DNA of 63,935 nucleotides, filler included, from Globobulimina sp. (GCA_003354225.1; 55 parts of 55 records of this genome joined end to end with filler, not necessarily neighbours in it); one strand, 5' to 3'; shown: positions 34,949 through 48,816, counted from the first letter of the whole stretch. Notes: generated from the letters alone by a model not told the origin. A program made the numbers and translations.

Positions 34949-36012
34949 AATGCATTGTAATGTAATGTATGTATGTATGCATATATGCATGCATGCGTTT
35001 GAGTGACCCTCCTGCGAGCTCTCTGCACCAATTCAGCTGCTAAACACTTACAATTATCCACGACTTGCTGGGCATACTCCTTAAAGGCCACAGATAGGCA
35101 CTCTTTCAATGCCACTGCCACGCCGGCAATGGCATGGTTGTGAGGCCCGCCTTGAGTGCCTGGAAAGACTGCGGAATTGATCTCTTTTTTCAACTCCTGC
35201 TTGCAAAATATCATCGCACTGCGCGTAGCTCGCAAAGATTTGTGCGTTGTGGTAGTCACTACATCCGCATAAGCAAAGGGTGAGTCCACAATGCCCGCTG
35301 CTACTAAACCGCTGAAATGAGCCATATCGATCAACAATTTCGCATCGACCATGTCTGCGATAGCTCGCAACCGCTTATAATCCCAATCGCGAGGATAGGC
35401 ACTGCTGCCTCCTACGATTAATTTGGGAGAGAATCGTTTCGCCGATCTCTCCAAATCGTCATAATCAATGTAACCGGTTTCTACATCAACCTATATATGG
35501 AATATCAGCGTAATGCATAATTTCCAGAAATTAATTTTATAGAACATGTACATAATATGGCAAGCACTGGAAGTATGTGGAGGAGATGTTGATGGATTTG
35601 TGTCCACGATAGAATCCATGAGACAAATGGCCGCCATCCGGCAAGAATAAGCCCATGAAGCGGTCATTGGGTTTTAACAACGCAGTGAACGCAGCAAAGT
35701 TGCACACGGAGCCGCTATATGGCTGGACATTGACCCACCAGTCTTGCGCGGATAAACCAAATGCGGTTAAGGCCCTTTCTTGGCATAAGCTCTCTAATTT
35801 ATCTATGAAATGGTTGCCGCCGTAATAGCGTTTACCAGGGAGGCCTTCTGAATATTTGTTGGTTAGACAGGAACCGACTGCTTCCATCACTGCCATGGAG
35901 GTGAAATTCTCGGAGGCGATTAATTCCAAACCAGTGAATTGACGCTTTTCTTCTGCTTTTATTATGGCATATATTTAGGGGTCGACGTCGAGTAATGGCT
36001 TACTGCCTCCTG
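34949..36012 (-). CDS. SHMT: Serine hydroxymethyltransferase, partial; intron 35491-35551; in-frame TAA at 35975-35977
   Basis: [69 protein letters not shown]. Confidence 0.95.
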
Positions 36013-36918
36013 NNNNNNNNNNNNNNNNNNNNNNNNNNNNNNNNNNNNNNNNNNNNTTAATTAATTAANNNNNNNNNNNNNNNNNNNNNNNNNNNNNNNN
36101 NNNNNNNNNNNNATCATTAATTTAATTATTGCTGATTATACACTTTAATTAATTCTACTTAAATTAATTTCATCGGACATGTCACCTGTTTGAAACACTT
36201 TTCTTTTGAAATTGTATACATTATCCTTGCATTGCATGTAAATCTCCAAAGTAAAATCGCATCAAAAAAACCACACAATACCAACAGACGAATATGTACA
36301 TTTTATGTCATATAATTTAATAAACGCACACTGTTTACATCCTGGCTCCTGCTTCAGCTTCAGCTTCACCGACATACATTGCTTTGAAATATCGCCCGAT
36401 TCCTTTGCTAAAAAATCCGCCAAATCATCCAATCCATCGCAATGCGGTCGAATCGCACCCGAATGGTCAATAGTGTCATCTTTCAAATACTGTCTATACC
36501 AATTCCCAGGTCTGATTCTTGTAATTATCCGTCACATAGAAAGAACCATAGAACCAGATACTCAGACAACAATGTTGAGTCTGCGCCGTTGGATTATTCA
36601 AACAAGCCCCAATCCATACCAATTCCCAGATATTGGATCTTAATCGTCTCAAATTTAATTCCATCATTAACTTTGAAAATTGAAATATATTGTGTTAAAT
36701 TCAAATTATACGGTTTATAGTATATGGATATTTAGACTGATTTAACCATTCCATTGATTTGAATCTAAATGCGTTTTCTTGCCTTGGGGTCATCATTGTT
36801 TTTGATGATTCCTCCGCATTGCATCCATACACCAAAAAATGTGTTGACATTTTTCGATATGCTACATAGCAAATAAGGTTTTTTTGTTAGTACTCACAAA
36901 ATCAGAAAATAAAAACTC

Positions 36919-37176
36919 ATGCCATTAATAAATCGATTTGTTTGGAGAACACCACGTATCATTGGTACAGGAATGACAAAATTAAGCAGAAAGCGAGATG
37001 CTAATGTTACTCCGACATGTTTGATGAAAGAAGCATTGGAGGAGGCATTATCCGCTGCAAACTTAGAATTACATGATTTGGACGCATTGATGGCAATCCC
37101 CTCGCTCTCCCATCCTCATTTTATGGAAGCACACCGCATTGACACTAAAAAAGGGGTATTGCCGCAGTCCGGATTG
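36919..37176 (+). CDS. Thiolase-like (SCP2/SCPx type) N-terminus
   Basis: RIIGTGMTKLSR..LMKEALEEALSAANLELHDLDAL. Confidence 0.75.
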
Positions 37177-37276
37177 NNNNNNNNNNNNNNNNNNNNNNNN
37201 NNNNNNNNNNNNNNNNNNNNTTAATTAATTAANNNNNNNNNNNNNNNNNNNNNNNNNNNNNNNNNNNNNNNNNNNN

Positions 37277-38340
37277 ACTATAGCAGAACCATTGAATGCA
37301 TTGAATCGTGGTAAAGATGGACCAGATATTTCCAAGAAGTGGGGACCAGAACAGGAAGAAGCATTCAATGTTTTGCGAGGATTATTGACATTGAAACCAA
37401 TCATGTGTTTTCCAGACCATAACAAACCATTCTACTTGTTTACAGATGCATCGGCATATGGTATTTCTCGAGTATTGTGTCAGTACGATGAAGACGGACT
37501 ATTACATCCAGTTGGATTTGCATCAAGAACATTGTCAAAAGCGGAGAGAGCTTATTCAACCACAGACAGAGAATGTTTAGCTATTGTTTGGAGTTGTGAT
37601 TTCTTTCGTCCCATTATTTTAGGTCGTGAACTTCATGTGTACACTGATCATAAACCATTGGAATCGGCATGGGGATCCAAGTCGGCCAAAGTTCATGAAC
37701 GTCTGACCAGATGGGCATTGAAAATGGCTCATTATCAGCCATTCACAATTTCACATTTGCCTGGAGAAGAAAATGTAGTTGCTGATTACTTGAGTAGAAG
37801 TCCAGTTGCTTGGTGTTTGGAGAAGGAACGTAGTGCTTATTTCGACAATATGACTCATAAACATGGAGATGATGAGGACAAGTTCAAGACTTATTATGAC
37901 AGTTATGAGAACTACTTGGATACCATAATGACATTAGAGAAGCCAAAGAAAGCACAAGTTTGTTTGCAACAGAATCGTGGCGAGCCGAATGATCAATTCA
38001 TGGAACGAATGTTGTTTGAATCGGTTTCGGGATTATTGGTTATCGACGAGAAATGCCCGGTTTGTGATATTATAAACGGCACTGTGAATGGAAGAGAAAT
38101 TGAAGTGAGAGAACCAACTGATAATGTACCAACAATAGTTTGTGAAACTCGTCTATCGGCAGCTTTCGCAACTAGACCAGCTTTGATTAATAATCCACCT
38201 GTTCAGAAGACAACGACTCGTGGACGGACTCGGAACTCGGTACTTTTGAAGTTGAAGGATAATGATTTGAACGATCCAAAGAGAGGAATGTTTGTTGAAG
38301 CTGAAGCGCAAACGGAAGGTATTTCTATGGCTCAATTTTA
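37277..38340 (+). mobile_element. Ty3/Gypsy LTR retrotransposon pol (RT connection + RNase H)
   Basis: WGPEQEEAF, PFYLFTDASAYG, PVGFASRTLS.AE..YSTTDRECLAIVW, VYTDHKPL, RLTRWAL, NVVADYLSR. Confidence 0.95.
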
Positions 38341-38617
38341 NNNNNNNNNNNNNNNNNNNNNNNNNNNNNNNNNNNNNNNNNNNNTTAATTAATTAANNNN
38401 NNNNNNNNNNNNNNNNNNNNNNNNNNNNNNNNNNNNNNNNTGTTTGTATACGTTCAAATTCCCGATGATCGTAAAACGTTGTTTCCGTTCGAGACGACGT
38501 CGAGAACTGATATGACGTTTTCAGATCAGAGCGGGTAACGTTTCTGTGCGGTTTCCAAGCAAACTGCGCATTTTCCAAGCTTAACTTTTTCAGCTTGGCA
38601 AAGTTTTTTCTTTTTAT

Positions 38618-39356
38618 CATGGATTTCATGTTTCTGTTTATTGTCTATATAGCAACTCCATCGTCGCCGATAGGTATATCAAACCGATGGGAACCGGTTC
38701 AACCGCTTCCACCGCAACCATCGCAATCACAACAGCCGCATTGGAATTGTCGAATATGTACATATGCAAATCACCCACAAATGAAATGTTGTGAAATCTG
38801 TGAGCAACAAACAAATCCAAATAATGAGCAACCGCCTGGTTTTGGAACGCGTCGCAAAAATGCAGCAAATACTCACAACGCGCCGCCACAAAATATAAAT
38901 AAGCATTTAAAAGGCGATTATATTAAAGACAGTGAATTAAAAATGATGCTTGAAATGGGCGTATTTGATGAATATGAAGAATCTCAACAATTTGAACGAG
39001 AAAAACAAAAAAAAGAAGACAAATTAGAAGAATTACGGCAAAAAATTGTGGCGTTGGAGGCAGAGAAACAACAAAAACAACAAATACAGCCTACATTTGT
39101 GCCAATTGCAAATAATACGAATCTGAGTCTAAACGTATTGCCTCCACCGTCTATGAATAAGCAACAAATTGGAAATGCATCGGATCGTACCGTTGCTATT
39201 TATCGTCAAGAACCGCCATATTATGGGTCGCCAATGATGGTTCAAAATTATTTATCGCATAATATGTGTCAAAGAGCAATACGAGGAACACAGTATGGAG
39301 CGAACAATGTAAATAGATTAAGAAATTATTCTCGCGGCGGAAGGAAAATAGGTTAA
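38618..39356 (+). CDS. RanBP2-type zinc finger + coiled-coil protein
   Basis: WNCRICTYANHPQMKCCEICEQ. Confidence 0.75.
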
Positions 39357-39604
39357 TAATAAAATGTTAATGGTTCCCGATGAAACACAACCTTTAGCAA
39401 TTCAATTTTGACTTTCAATGTTTTATCTTGAAGAATCTGTAAAAAACTGTAAATTCAAAGAGTTTACAGTAAGAAACAGGAATTTCAAACTTAAAAGCAA
39501 AAAGNNNNNNNNNNNNNNNNNNNNNNNNNNNNNNNNNNNNNNNNNNNNTTAATTAATTAANNNNNNNNNNNNNNNNNNNNNNNNNNNNNNNNNNNNNNNN
39601 NNNN

Positions 39605-39851
39605 ATAGTATGGAAACGATAAATCATCGCCTAAACGTGTTACTGTCTCATCGTTCAAGTCAATTCGAGATGGATACCAATTTGCGCCGGGACTATCTTG
39701 AGCTAAAGCAAATATATTCCCTGCTGATATTTTACTATCTGCTGCTTGCAATTCACAACTTAGCTCACTTCCATCTGATTGCGCAGTAAATTCTTTTGTC
39801 GCTGCAATGTAATTAAATGTCAAAATTACGCTAGTTAATACAGTTAGCATT
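39605..39851 (-). CDS. Secreted hypothetical protein N-terminus
   Basis: Signal-peptide-like MLTVLTSVILTFNYIAA. Confidence 0.45.
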
Positions 39852-40768
39852 GTTGATTTTCTAGATAAAATTTTAAGATTATGCGTAAATCCGAAACACA
39901 AGTTGCGACAGCGAGAACATGTCGAAAAAATACCTATAAATGGTTAGATTGATGAATTTAACATAAACAATGTGAAATCACACAGTTTAGCAATAAATAT
40001 GTTACAGTAACACTATGGAAAAACAACATTAACAAAAAGAAACAGGAAAAAAGAAGAGGAACTGAACATAGATATGAATAAAAATAAGTTGTCTCACCAA
40101 ATCACCAAATATATGAATAAAAATGTGAGGCACACAGTCTCACCAAATCACAAAGACAAACACACACAGATAAATAATGTTTTTTTAAACAACAAATAAT
40201 TATTTTAAATCTTAATATTTTGTAAATTTAATCATACCATTCCATCCGAATCCGATGTACCATCATTAGATTGACGACATCCTTTATGTTTAACTCCAAC
40301 TTCTGACTCTTTTGATTCCTGATTCCGAACCCCACCTAATTGCAATTCAATTTGTGTTCGTTTGAAAAGTGTTGATCTTTTCTTGCTAACTGAAGGATTA
40401 TCCTTTGTCATAATTGTTAATCTATATTTAAATGCAACCTTAAACTTAGAACTTAATTCAAAATGAGTGCGAAATACATTATTAATATTAGTTAATAATG
40501 TTTTTGATCCATATAATTGCGTTACAAAATATTTTGGTGTCACAGTATCTTCACTCAATAATTCAGCTCCCATCGATTCTAACTCTGTGCTGTATACAAA
40601 ATGAATGACATGACTAATAATCCCATATTTAGTCATCATTGATTGTCCAACTTCGATATTGTTGGCTGNNNNNNNNNNNNNNNNNNNNNNNNNNNNNNNN
40701 NNNNNNNNNNNNTTAATTAATTAANNNNNNNNNNNNNNNNNNNNNNNNNNNNNNNNNNNNNNNNNNNN

Positions 40769-41832
40769 AAATGGAATATCCTCCATTCCCTATACGATAG
40801 TAATTGCTCCGACCATATTCCAATCATTTCAGCCTTTGAAGTTTCCCATTCATTTGGATACGAAGAAGATAGAAAAACCTGGAACTTGGCAAGTAAACCA
40901 AAGTGGAGGAAATACACAGAAACGCTTGAGAAAACAATAAAAGATACAACATTTGATAGTGACCCAAATATATACACAGAACAACTGACATATATCATAT
41001 TATATGTATCCGAACAAACAATTGGTTATAAAACCTATTACCGTGGCCATAAACCATGGTGGAACAGGAAAATAAAGAAACTAAAGAAGAAATGCAAAAG
41101 ATTGAGAAGAAGACTCCAAAGAATGAAACGAAATGCGAAGAGATTGAGAGTGGAATTCCATAACTTTCCAAGATATAAACGTGAAAAATCAAAGCTAAAT
41201 AGATTCCAAAAAGCAAAATTTGATCAAATAACCATAGCCAAAACAAAATACTATATTAAAATTAATAAATATATACAAAAATGTAAGGATTATGGACGCA
41301 GATTCTGGCGTACCATATCCAATAATAAATCAAATCAAATAGATACTAATAACATCCCCCATTGAATTATAATAACGAACTAAATATAACCGATCCGAAA
41401 AGACAGGCAAAAGCTTTACACGAAGCTATGATGAGACCGCCAAAGCCTCCATCTAATCCAGAACATGAATCATGGCATAACTATGTAAATAAATACGTCC
41501 CAGAATTCCTAAATAATCATCGAAATTCGCCTAATATAAATAATAATGATATACATAACATAATCGCCGATAAAATTAGACAAAATAAGCTATCACAAAT
41601 AGATCATCCATCCGATATAAATACAAATATATTAATAAACCCCGCCAGTTACCAAACAATAAATGATCCAATTTTAAAATATGAAATAAAAAAAGTAATA
41701 AAATGCCTTGATACCCATAAGGCCTATGGGCCCGACAGAATCCACAACCAAATGTTGAAGAATGGAGGCGATGCCTTACTAAATTGCCTCATCCCATTGT
41801 TTAATAAATGTCTGATAAAGGGAACATTCCCG
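40769..41832 (+). mobile_element. Non-LTR retrotransposon ORF2 (APE endonuclease end to RT start), frameshift at ~41360
   Basis: SDHIPI, KPWWN, FWRTI, YEIKKVIKCL..HKAYGPDRIHNQMLK..LFNKCL..GTFP. Confidence 0.92.
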
Positions 41833-42136
41833 NNNNNNNNNNNNNNNNNNNNNNNNNNNNNNNNNNNNNNNNNNNNTTAATTAATTAANNNNNNNNNNNN
41901 NNNNNNNNNNNNNNNNNNNNNNNNNNNNNNNNGACTTTTATCACACGTACAAAAAAGTGTTTTTCGTTTCTATTTTTTGAAACACTTAAAGTTTGGAGGC
42001 TTAGGTTGGTAAAAAATAAAACAGTTTTATTGGCGTTTTTTTTGATAAAAATTATAGTTTGCTGCGTTTCTCAGAAACAATAAAAATCTGACGTTGAAAA
42101 CCTGTTGCTCTTATCACGTTTCATCAAACTAGGTAA

Positions 42137-42996
42137 ATGTCAAAGTTGTTCTTACTTTTCCGGGTGGTGATCATATTTGGACACAGCTCATATGCATTTA
42201 CAACATCTAGTTATGATTTTATTATTGTCGGAGCAGGAACATCAGGTTCAGCATTAGCGTCAGAACTATCAAAAGAAAATACAGTTTTATTAATTGAAGA
42301 AGGTGGATGGTCCTCAGAATGGAAAGAAACAATTGAAGATGCAGTAAATTATTTTGATGTGCTAAATAATCCACAAATTGAAAAAGGATATATGTCAATA
42401 CCACAAACTAATGTTAATAACAGAATTATACCGTTATACAGAGCCAAAATAACCGGTGGATGTGGTGCTCATTACGGAATGTGTTGGACATTAGGCAATA
42501 AAAATGATTTTGATAAAAGATGGAATATTGACGGTTGGCGATGGAATGATTTATCAAAATATTGGGATGATATACAAAATGCATTCGAATTAAATACAAT
42601 AAAAAGAGATATATTCACTGAGAAATTTATACAATCAGCAAAACAAAATGGATATGAATATAACCCAAATTATAATGATTTAAATAATGATAATGGACAA
42701 TTTGGCGTTTCATTATTTCAATATTCTGCCAAATTAAAAGAAAACCAAAATCAAATATATGCACAAAGAGAGAATTCATGGACACAATATATTGAACCAA
42801 TTATTTCGACGCGCACTAATTTAGATATTATTGTATATCACAGAGTAAATAAAGTATTATTCAATGAAAGTTCTAATAATTATAAACCAACAGCGATTGG
42901 TGTCGAAACCACAAATATTGTAACAAATAGAAACTATAATTTTTATGCGAATAAAGAAGTGATATTAAGTGCGGGGACTTTTGATACTCCAAAAAT
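42137..42996 (+). CDS. Secreted GMC oxidoreductase, N-terminal part
   Basis: Signal peptide; YDFIIVGAGTSGSALASELS..VLLIEEG; RAKITGGC; KEVILSAGTFDTPK. Confidence 0.93.
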
Positions 42997-43128
42997 NNNN
43001 NNNNNNNNNNNNNNNNNNNNNNNNNNNNNNNNNNNNNNNNTTAATTAATTAANNNNNNNNNNNNNNNNNNNNNNNNNNNNNNNNNNNNNNNNNNNNCAAA
43101 GCCAAACATTTCAATCAACTTAAAAGCA

Positions 43129-44160
43129 ATGAAAACACACAGAAAGCATCGAAGAAATAGTATTGGTTCTCCCGGAAGAGCGGGAACCAGAAATACATGG
43201 AGTGAGTGGCATAATCAATGGAGAAATTTAGTGAAGGAATCAGGAAGAAACAAGAATGAAATTTTAAGGCAATCGCTAAGTGCTTGTGGCTCAATGAACG
43301 AATGTTGCTGCATTAAAAGGATTATATTTTTAATGCGATTCTACAGAACATTTGAAAATGATTTGCAACAAATCATCGAAGCAATGAATTTGACGGAATA
43401 TTCCGTTGTAGATTTATTAAATGATCACTATCATATTCTGGAGTTTCATAAACAGAGAGACAAACATTTTGATTTTATTTTTAAGCAAATAACTAAGATC
43501 AAACAATGTGAAATTAAAAAATGCTGCATGATGAAAAGGAATTTATTGAGTAAATATAATGATTATATGCCACTGTATCGTGGTTTGGATCATATGGATG
43601 ATATCATTAATATTCAGATATTGGATAAATTGCATTGTTCTTATTTACATTCGTATGATTTATATCGGTTTTCAGCGCAACAAAATGATGAATTACAAGA
43701 AATATTGGAAAATAATACAAATATTTTGCATAACGAGTATTATAAAGCGATGGATAAAATGATGCATTTTAAACACTCCCATTTAAAAGACATATATGGC
43801 GCAGATTATCGGTCATTTGACAATAAAATAAAACAATACAGCACAGATTGTCAATTTAAACAAGAAAATGAAAATATATTTGGTTATAAATATATTTATA
43901 ATATTAACGAATTGCAAAATGAAGAAAAAACGAAAAACACTACATATTTAGAAGCAAAATATAATAATTTAAAAGAAGAAACGTTAAATAATGAATTGAT
44001 TGGTATTTCAAAAAAGGACTGGGATTTAACATTACGAAAATGCCAAAGATACTATTTTCAAACAAATAAAATGAACAAAGTTAAAATCAACAATATTGAA
44101 TCGATGATTTGTTTGTCTTTGTTTGTAAATTTTGAAGATTTTCAAAAAAGATTTAAAGCA
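43129..44160 (+). CDS. Hypothetical protein with a Cys/His-patterned helical domain
   Basis: Open 340 codons; CCCIKRI, LLNDHYHIL, LDKLHCSYLHSYD, YNNLKEE. Confidence 0.65.
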
Positions 44161-44260
44161 NNNNNNNNNNNNNNNNNNNNNNNNNNNNNNNNNNNNNNNN
44201 NNNNTTAATTAATTAANNNNNNNNNNNNNNNNNNNNNNNNNNNNNNNNNNNNNNNNNNNN

Positions 44261-45024
44261 CAGTTACATTTTATTAAAATAATCTTACATAAAATCGTGA
44301 CCGTCACCATAATATAAATGGTGACAGGAGCATATAATACCATTTGCCACAGACTTTGGTGTATCCAGCATTCGTACTCCACAACTAATTAGTAGGCACA
44401 AACAACATAATTACGTATACGCGAAATATAAAAACAAAAACCTGTGTCATCAGCGTTTGGGGTAAGACCATAATTTGAAGATGCTAATCCAGACATAAAT
44501 AACGCAAAACATGTCATTATAACTTTGTGTTTTTTGACAGAAATGCCACCGCCAATATTCCATGATTCTGGAATTAACGCTTCATACTCAACACCGTTCA
44601 TTAACCACCAAATGTTTAATGCAATTGAAAAGGACCACGTCGCACTTGAAAGCCCTGCAAATTGAATTATAAATCCAAATATCCAACACAACGGAAATAA
44701 ATTTTCGCCTACATTTTGAATCCAGGTGGAATGGGCAGCCAAGCCAGAATAATACAGCAAAGTCATAATATGAAAACATACATCGTACATTGACATATAT
44801 AACACATAGTCAGTAACAATGTAATCTTTTCTATATTCTTCTATACTCATTTCCAATCTAAGTATACATCAACAAGTCATTGTAATGTGAGTATTGGAAA
44901 TTGAAATGAAAGAACACATTTTTCTCTTGATGGCAGCATAAATAATCCAACACGAACCAAGAATGGATGTTGCTGACAGAATAGTGCAAACCACCGCAAC
45001 ATTATGATAATCGGAATCAGACAT
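44261..45024 (-). CDS. cAMP-receptor-like (CAR/GCR1 family) GPCR, partial, 2 introns
   Basis: SATSILGSCWII, VLYMSMYD, LCWIFGFIIQFAGLSSATWSFSIALN, YG..ECWI. Confidence 0.8.
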
Positions 45025-45424
45025 AAAAACTGAAAAATTCCTTACTTCAAAACTCCTAAATCTTAAGTTATAAAAAAATTAAAACTAATCTGCAAATTAA
45101 AAATATCTGTACGTACAAATCATGAAATGTACAAATCCGTCACTATATTTGTACGTTTCCCCAACAGAGTCAGCCTATTCCTCCTCATTGCAATCTTTTA
45201 TAACACCATTTGGTAATTCAACGTTAACCTATGTTTTCAAAAGAATAAAATTTGACATTAACTTAGAAAGAAACATTACGATGGATACGATGGATACAAT
45301 GAAATAGAATAAAAAACAATGAAANNNNNNNNNNNNNNNNNNNNNNNNNNNNNNNNNNNNNNNNNNNNTTAATTAATTAANNNNNNNNNNNNNNNNNNNN
45401 NNNNNNNNNNNNNNNNNNNNNNNN

Positions 45425-46488
45425 ATCATTAAAACGTCCACAAAATCACAGCATTTCATATCACAAATCATTGATGACTCAAATCGATATCGGCAAATGA
45501 TACAATTTAAATTGCTATCTCTCGTTTTAATAAAATATTTAGAAATACGCAGCAATTCATGCGATATAAAGGAGCAGCAAACCGTCATAATGTCCTTGTG
45601 GACCATCATAGATTGCAATAAATGGAAATATTTTGATAAAATATCCAAAATACAACAAACTCAATGTCAAGTATTTGGTTATAAATTATTAAAATATCTA
45701 TTCATTAAAACACCGTTTTTATCCGTAATCAGTTCTATTTTTACCACACATGTTAAGTCCACACATTCTGTCTGCGATTTTGCGTCCATTTAATATTATT
45801 TTTATGAATAAAACAGATGAAACTGCCTTCATCGGATAATCACAACGCAAACAATACAAAAACAATCCTCGCCTTATTACATACAATAATTATACGATAT
45901 TTCCAATTTGCACACATTCATAAAAATAATACTGTGCACATTAACGATAATGAATCAAAAATGGATGAAAGTAATATTATTAATGAGGAGGACAGCGAAT
46001 TACAAGTGATATCATGCATTTGTTTGGAGATATTATCCATTCCATATTATACAGAAAGACTAATTGCATACAATTTAAATTCAGTGATAAAATCATTTAT
46101 TTCCCATAATATTTGGTCGCAAATAATTACCCAATTTAATAAATATTGTATGAATACATACGAATCATTTATTTTTCTCACAAAACATAACAATAAGAAA
46201 CAGAAAACGTTAAATGATTTATGGCAAAAAATAATATCTTCCCCAACGGATCAGGATGGCGGCCATTGCAACGAAGAGAAAAACGAAAACAAAAACGAGT
46301 TGGATGTGATGGACATGCCCGATTATGATGATTATAATGATTCAGATTCAGATATCGATGACGAAATGGATGAAATGGACGGCGAAAATAACAAAAATTC
46401 ATTGCAAACATTTTTAAATATGACACAAACATCAAATGAAGAAAATACATCCCATGAATTATACATGAATCCAAACCGGAAAACATCC
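45425..46488 (+). CDS. Hypothetical helical protein, internal fragment with an intron near 45750-45817
   Basis: Two consecutive ORFs, acidic tract, EILSIPY motif. Confidence 0.5.
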
Positions 46489-46588
46489 NNNNNNNNNNNN
46501 NNNNNNNNNNNNNNNNNNNNNNNNNNNNNNNNTTAATTAATTAANNNNNNNNNNNNNNNNNNNNNNNNNNNNNNNNNNNNNNNNNNNN

Positions 46589-46914
46589 CAACAACATATG
46601 ATTAAACATAAAGACAATTCAAAACAACATTGTATTGTAATGAGCTGTGGTGATTTAGTATGTATACTTTGCTTTTTGTTGATATATGATATGATATGTT
46701 ATCAATTACTGTTTTAAAGTCATTTTGGTGCTATAAATGCGATGATTATTTAAATCATTTACGTCTTCGTCGTATTTTTGAATTTTATAAAATTGCGCAT
46801 GTTAAAAAATTTAAGCACGAAATCCATAATTTAGAGCAGTTAATGGAAAGAACTGATTTTGAACAACAGGATAATTTGGAAAAGGTTAAAATAACACAAA
46901 CAATATCTATTTAA
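46589..46914 (+). CDS. ZnF-UBP (BUZ) domain fragment, one intron
   Basis: HMIKH..HCIVMSCGDL|SFWCYKCDDYL. Confidence 0.75.
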
Positions 46915-46954
46915 TTATCTGATATCAAACAAATAACACAAAAATATCTAGCAA

Positions 46955-47652
46955 ATGACACAAAAAAAAACCTGGTTCAAAGGAACAGAAATTTTAAATC
47001 GAAAATGGCAAAAACAAGATGCGATTGAATACGATTCAGATGCAGAGGGCAAAAAAAATGCAGATGATGGCAAATCGCATGTTCATACTGGCGTAATTTT
47101 AACGGTCAATGACAAAGGCAGTTTTGGCAAAATTATGATAAAAGATGATAGCGGTTCATATTGTAACTATGGTTTGGATGAAATTTATATCAAATTACCG
47201 CCTCATACGCCCACAAACACTGTCAAACGGAAAATCAAAACGAATACTAACGCTCCAAATAATTTATATTCCACAATGGCAACAAATAATAATATTGAAA
47301 CGAAGGTGAATCTGAATCATAAATCCTATGATTTTAAGGAATATCGAGGATATGACGACAATGAGGCTTATAAGCCACCACTTGAATATGTGCCATATGA
47401 CAGAATTTTTCAAACGGTGATGATATTGAATATGATTCTGATCCTCAAAACAGTCACATTCGAAGAGGTAAAATCGTATCCATCAATGTTAAAGAAATGG
47501 TATTTGCGGTTAAATTAATAAGCGGTCATACTGTCAATGTTGATTTAAATAAGGTTCATATTGCAATGAAGAAAGAGTTTTGGTGTTGTCAGATATGTGG
47601 TTTTCAGAACGGATATAAAACAAAACAATGTATGGTTTGTCGGATGAATGAT
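46955..47652 (+). CDS. Protein with two SH3/Tudor-like repeats and a RanBP2 zinc finger (frameshifted near 47410)
   Basis: HTGVILTV..IYIKL; HIRRGKIVSI..VHIAM; FWCCQICGFQN..CMVC. Confidence 0.5.
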
Positions 47653-47752
47653 NNNNNNNNNNNNNNNNNNNNNNNNNNNNNNNNNNNNNNNNNNNNTTAA
47701 TTAATTAANNNNNNNNNNNNNNNNNNNNNNNNNNNNNNNNNNNNNNNNNNNN

Positions 47753-48816
47753 ACCTATGTGCGTATGCATCTGAAAGTATTGCAGTTATTTGGGATTGGA
47801 CCTATAATAAATATAAATATCTGATTGGTGGTCATAAAAACGACAATATAGTATCATTATGTTTTCATCCAAATGGACAGTTTCTGATCACAGCATCATT
47901 ACATTCATTGTGTATATGGGATATAGAAACAACCACAGTTTTATATTGTTGCTGTTTAAATGATGGTATATCTTCTTCTAATTATCATATATCAATATCA
48001 AAGAATGGTGAATATGTAATATTAGTTAGTAATACATTTATATTAATTTATAGTTGTATAGAAACTAGAAATGGATGCATCGAATTAATAGCTAGTGCTT
48101 ATTATGAATTTATAGACTAAAAAGATTCAATTATCAGCCTTAATGTGTTCAGTAATTCGCACCAACAATTTGTCACTTTAAGTAACAACGAAATACAATT
48201 TTGGAAATTCAATGTTTTATCATTGGAATGTAAGGAGTCAAATATTATTGAATGTGTCAATACACATTGTATTGATTACATTGAGCAACATCAACATATT
48301 GCTATTGGCAGATTTAAGTCAATCACATTGGATGATAGCGATCATATTTATGTTTTAGGAGTTTTAGGTGATGTCTTATTGATGGATAATTACGGAAATA
48401 TGCTATCGCACTTTAAAGGGCAACATCAAAATTGTTTATTTTCGTCAATTGATATTGGAAATCGTTTTTTGGTGTTATCAACATCCAAAGGCGCCATTGA
48501 AGTGTGGAGGAAAGACAGATTGTCATATATTCGATCCATTGCTTACCCATCACAATTACGGAAGCATTTGCAATATAAAATACATCCAGCTTCAATCGCA
48601 AATAAAAGTAAATCATTTAACTGTAATTTTTTGTCACTTGACTTCGATGACAATCGTCTGATTGTCCGTTATTCCGATAATTGTCTATGTGTTTTACAGT
48701 TAATATCATCGCGATTAATAAGATACACTCTAACTCATTACAGTGATATCACAACAATCTGCGTCTCAAATAATAGACTAACATCACCTTCCTATTGCCA
48801 CCAAGACCATTCCTGC
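47753..48816 (+). CDS. WD40-repeat protein, partial, in-frame TAA at 48118-48120
   Basis: GGHKND.IVSLCFHPNGQFLITAS..LCIWD; SKGAIEVW; both ORFs are in the same frame. Confidence 0.8.

Noticed and set aside
41350-41370. Programmed frameshift in LINE ORF2
   Set aside because: A one-base loss in a C homopolymer with no slippery heptamer; mutation or sequencing error is simpler.
44389-44391. TAA inside the GPCR as a readthrough candidate
   Set aside because: It lies within a GT-AG intron whose removal restores the frame (ADDT-V-VEYECWI).
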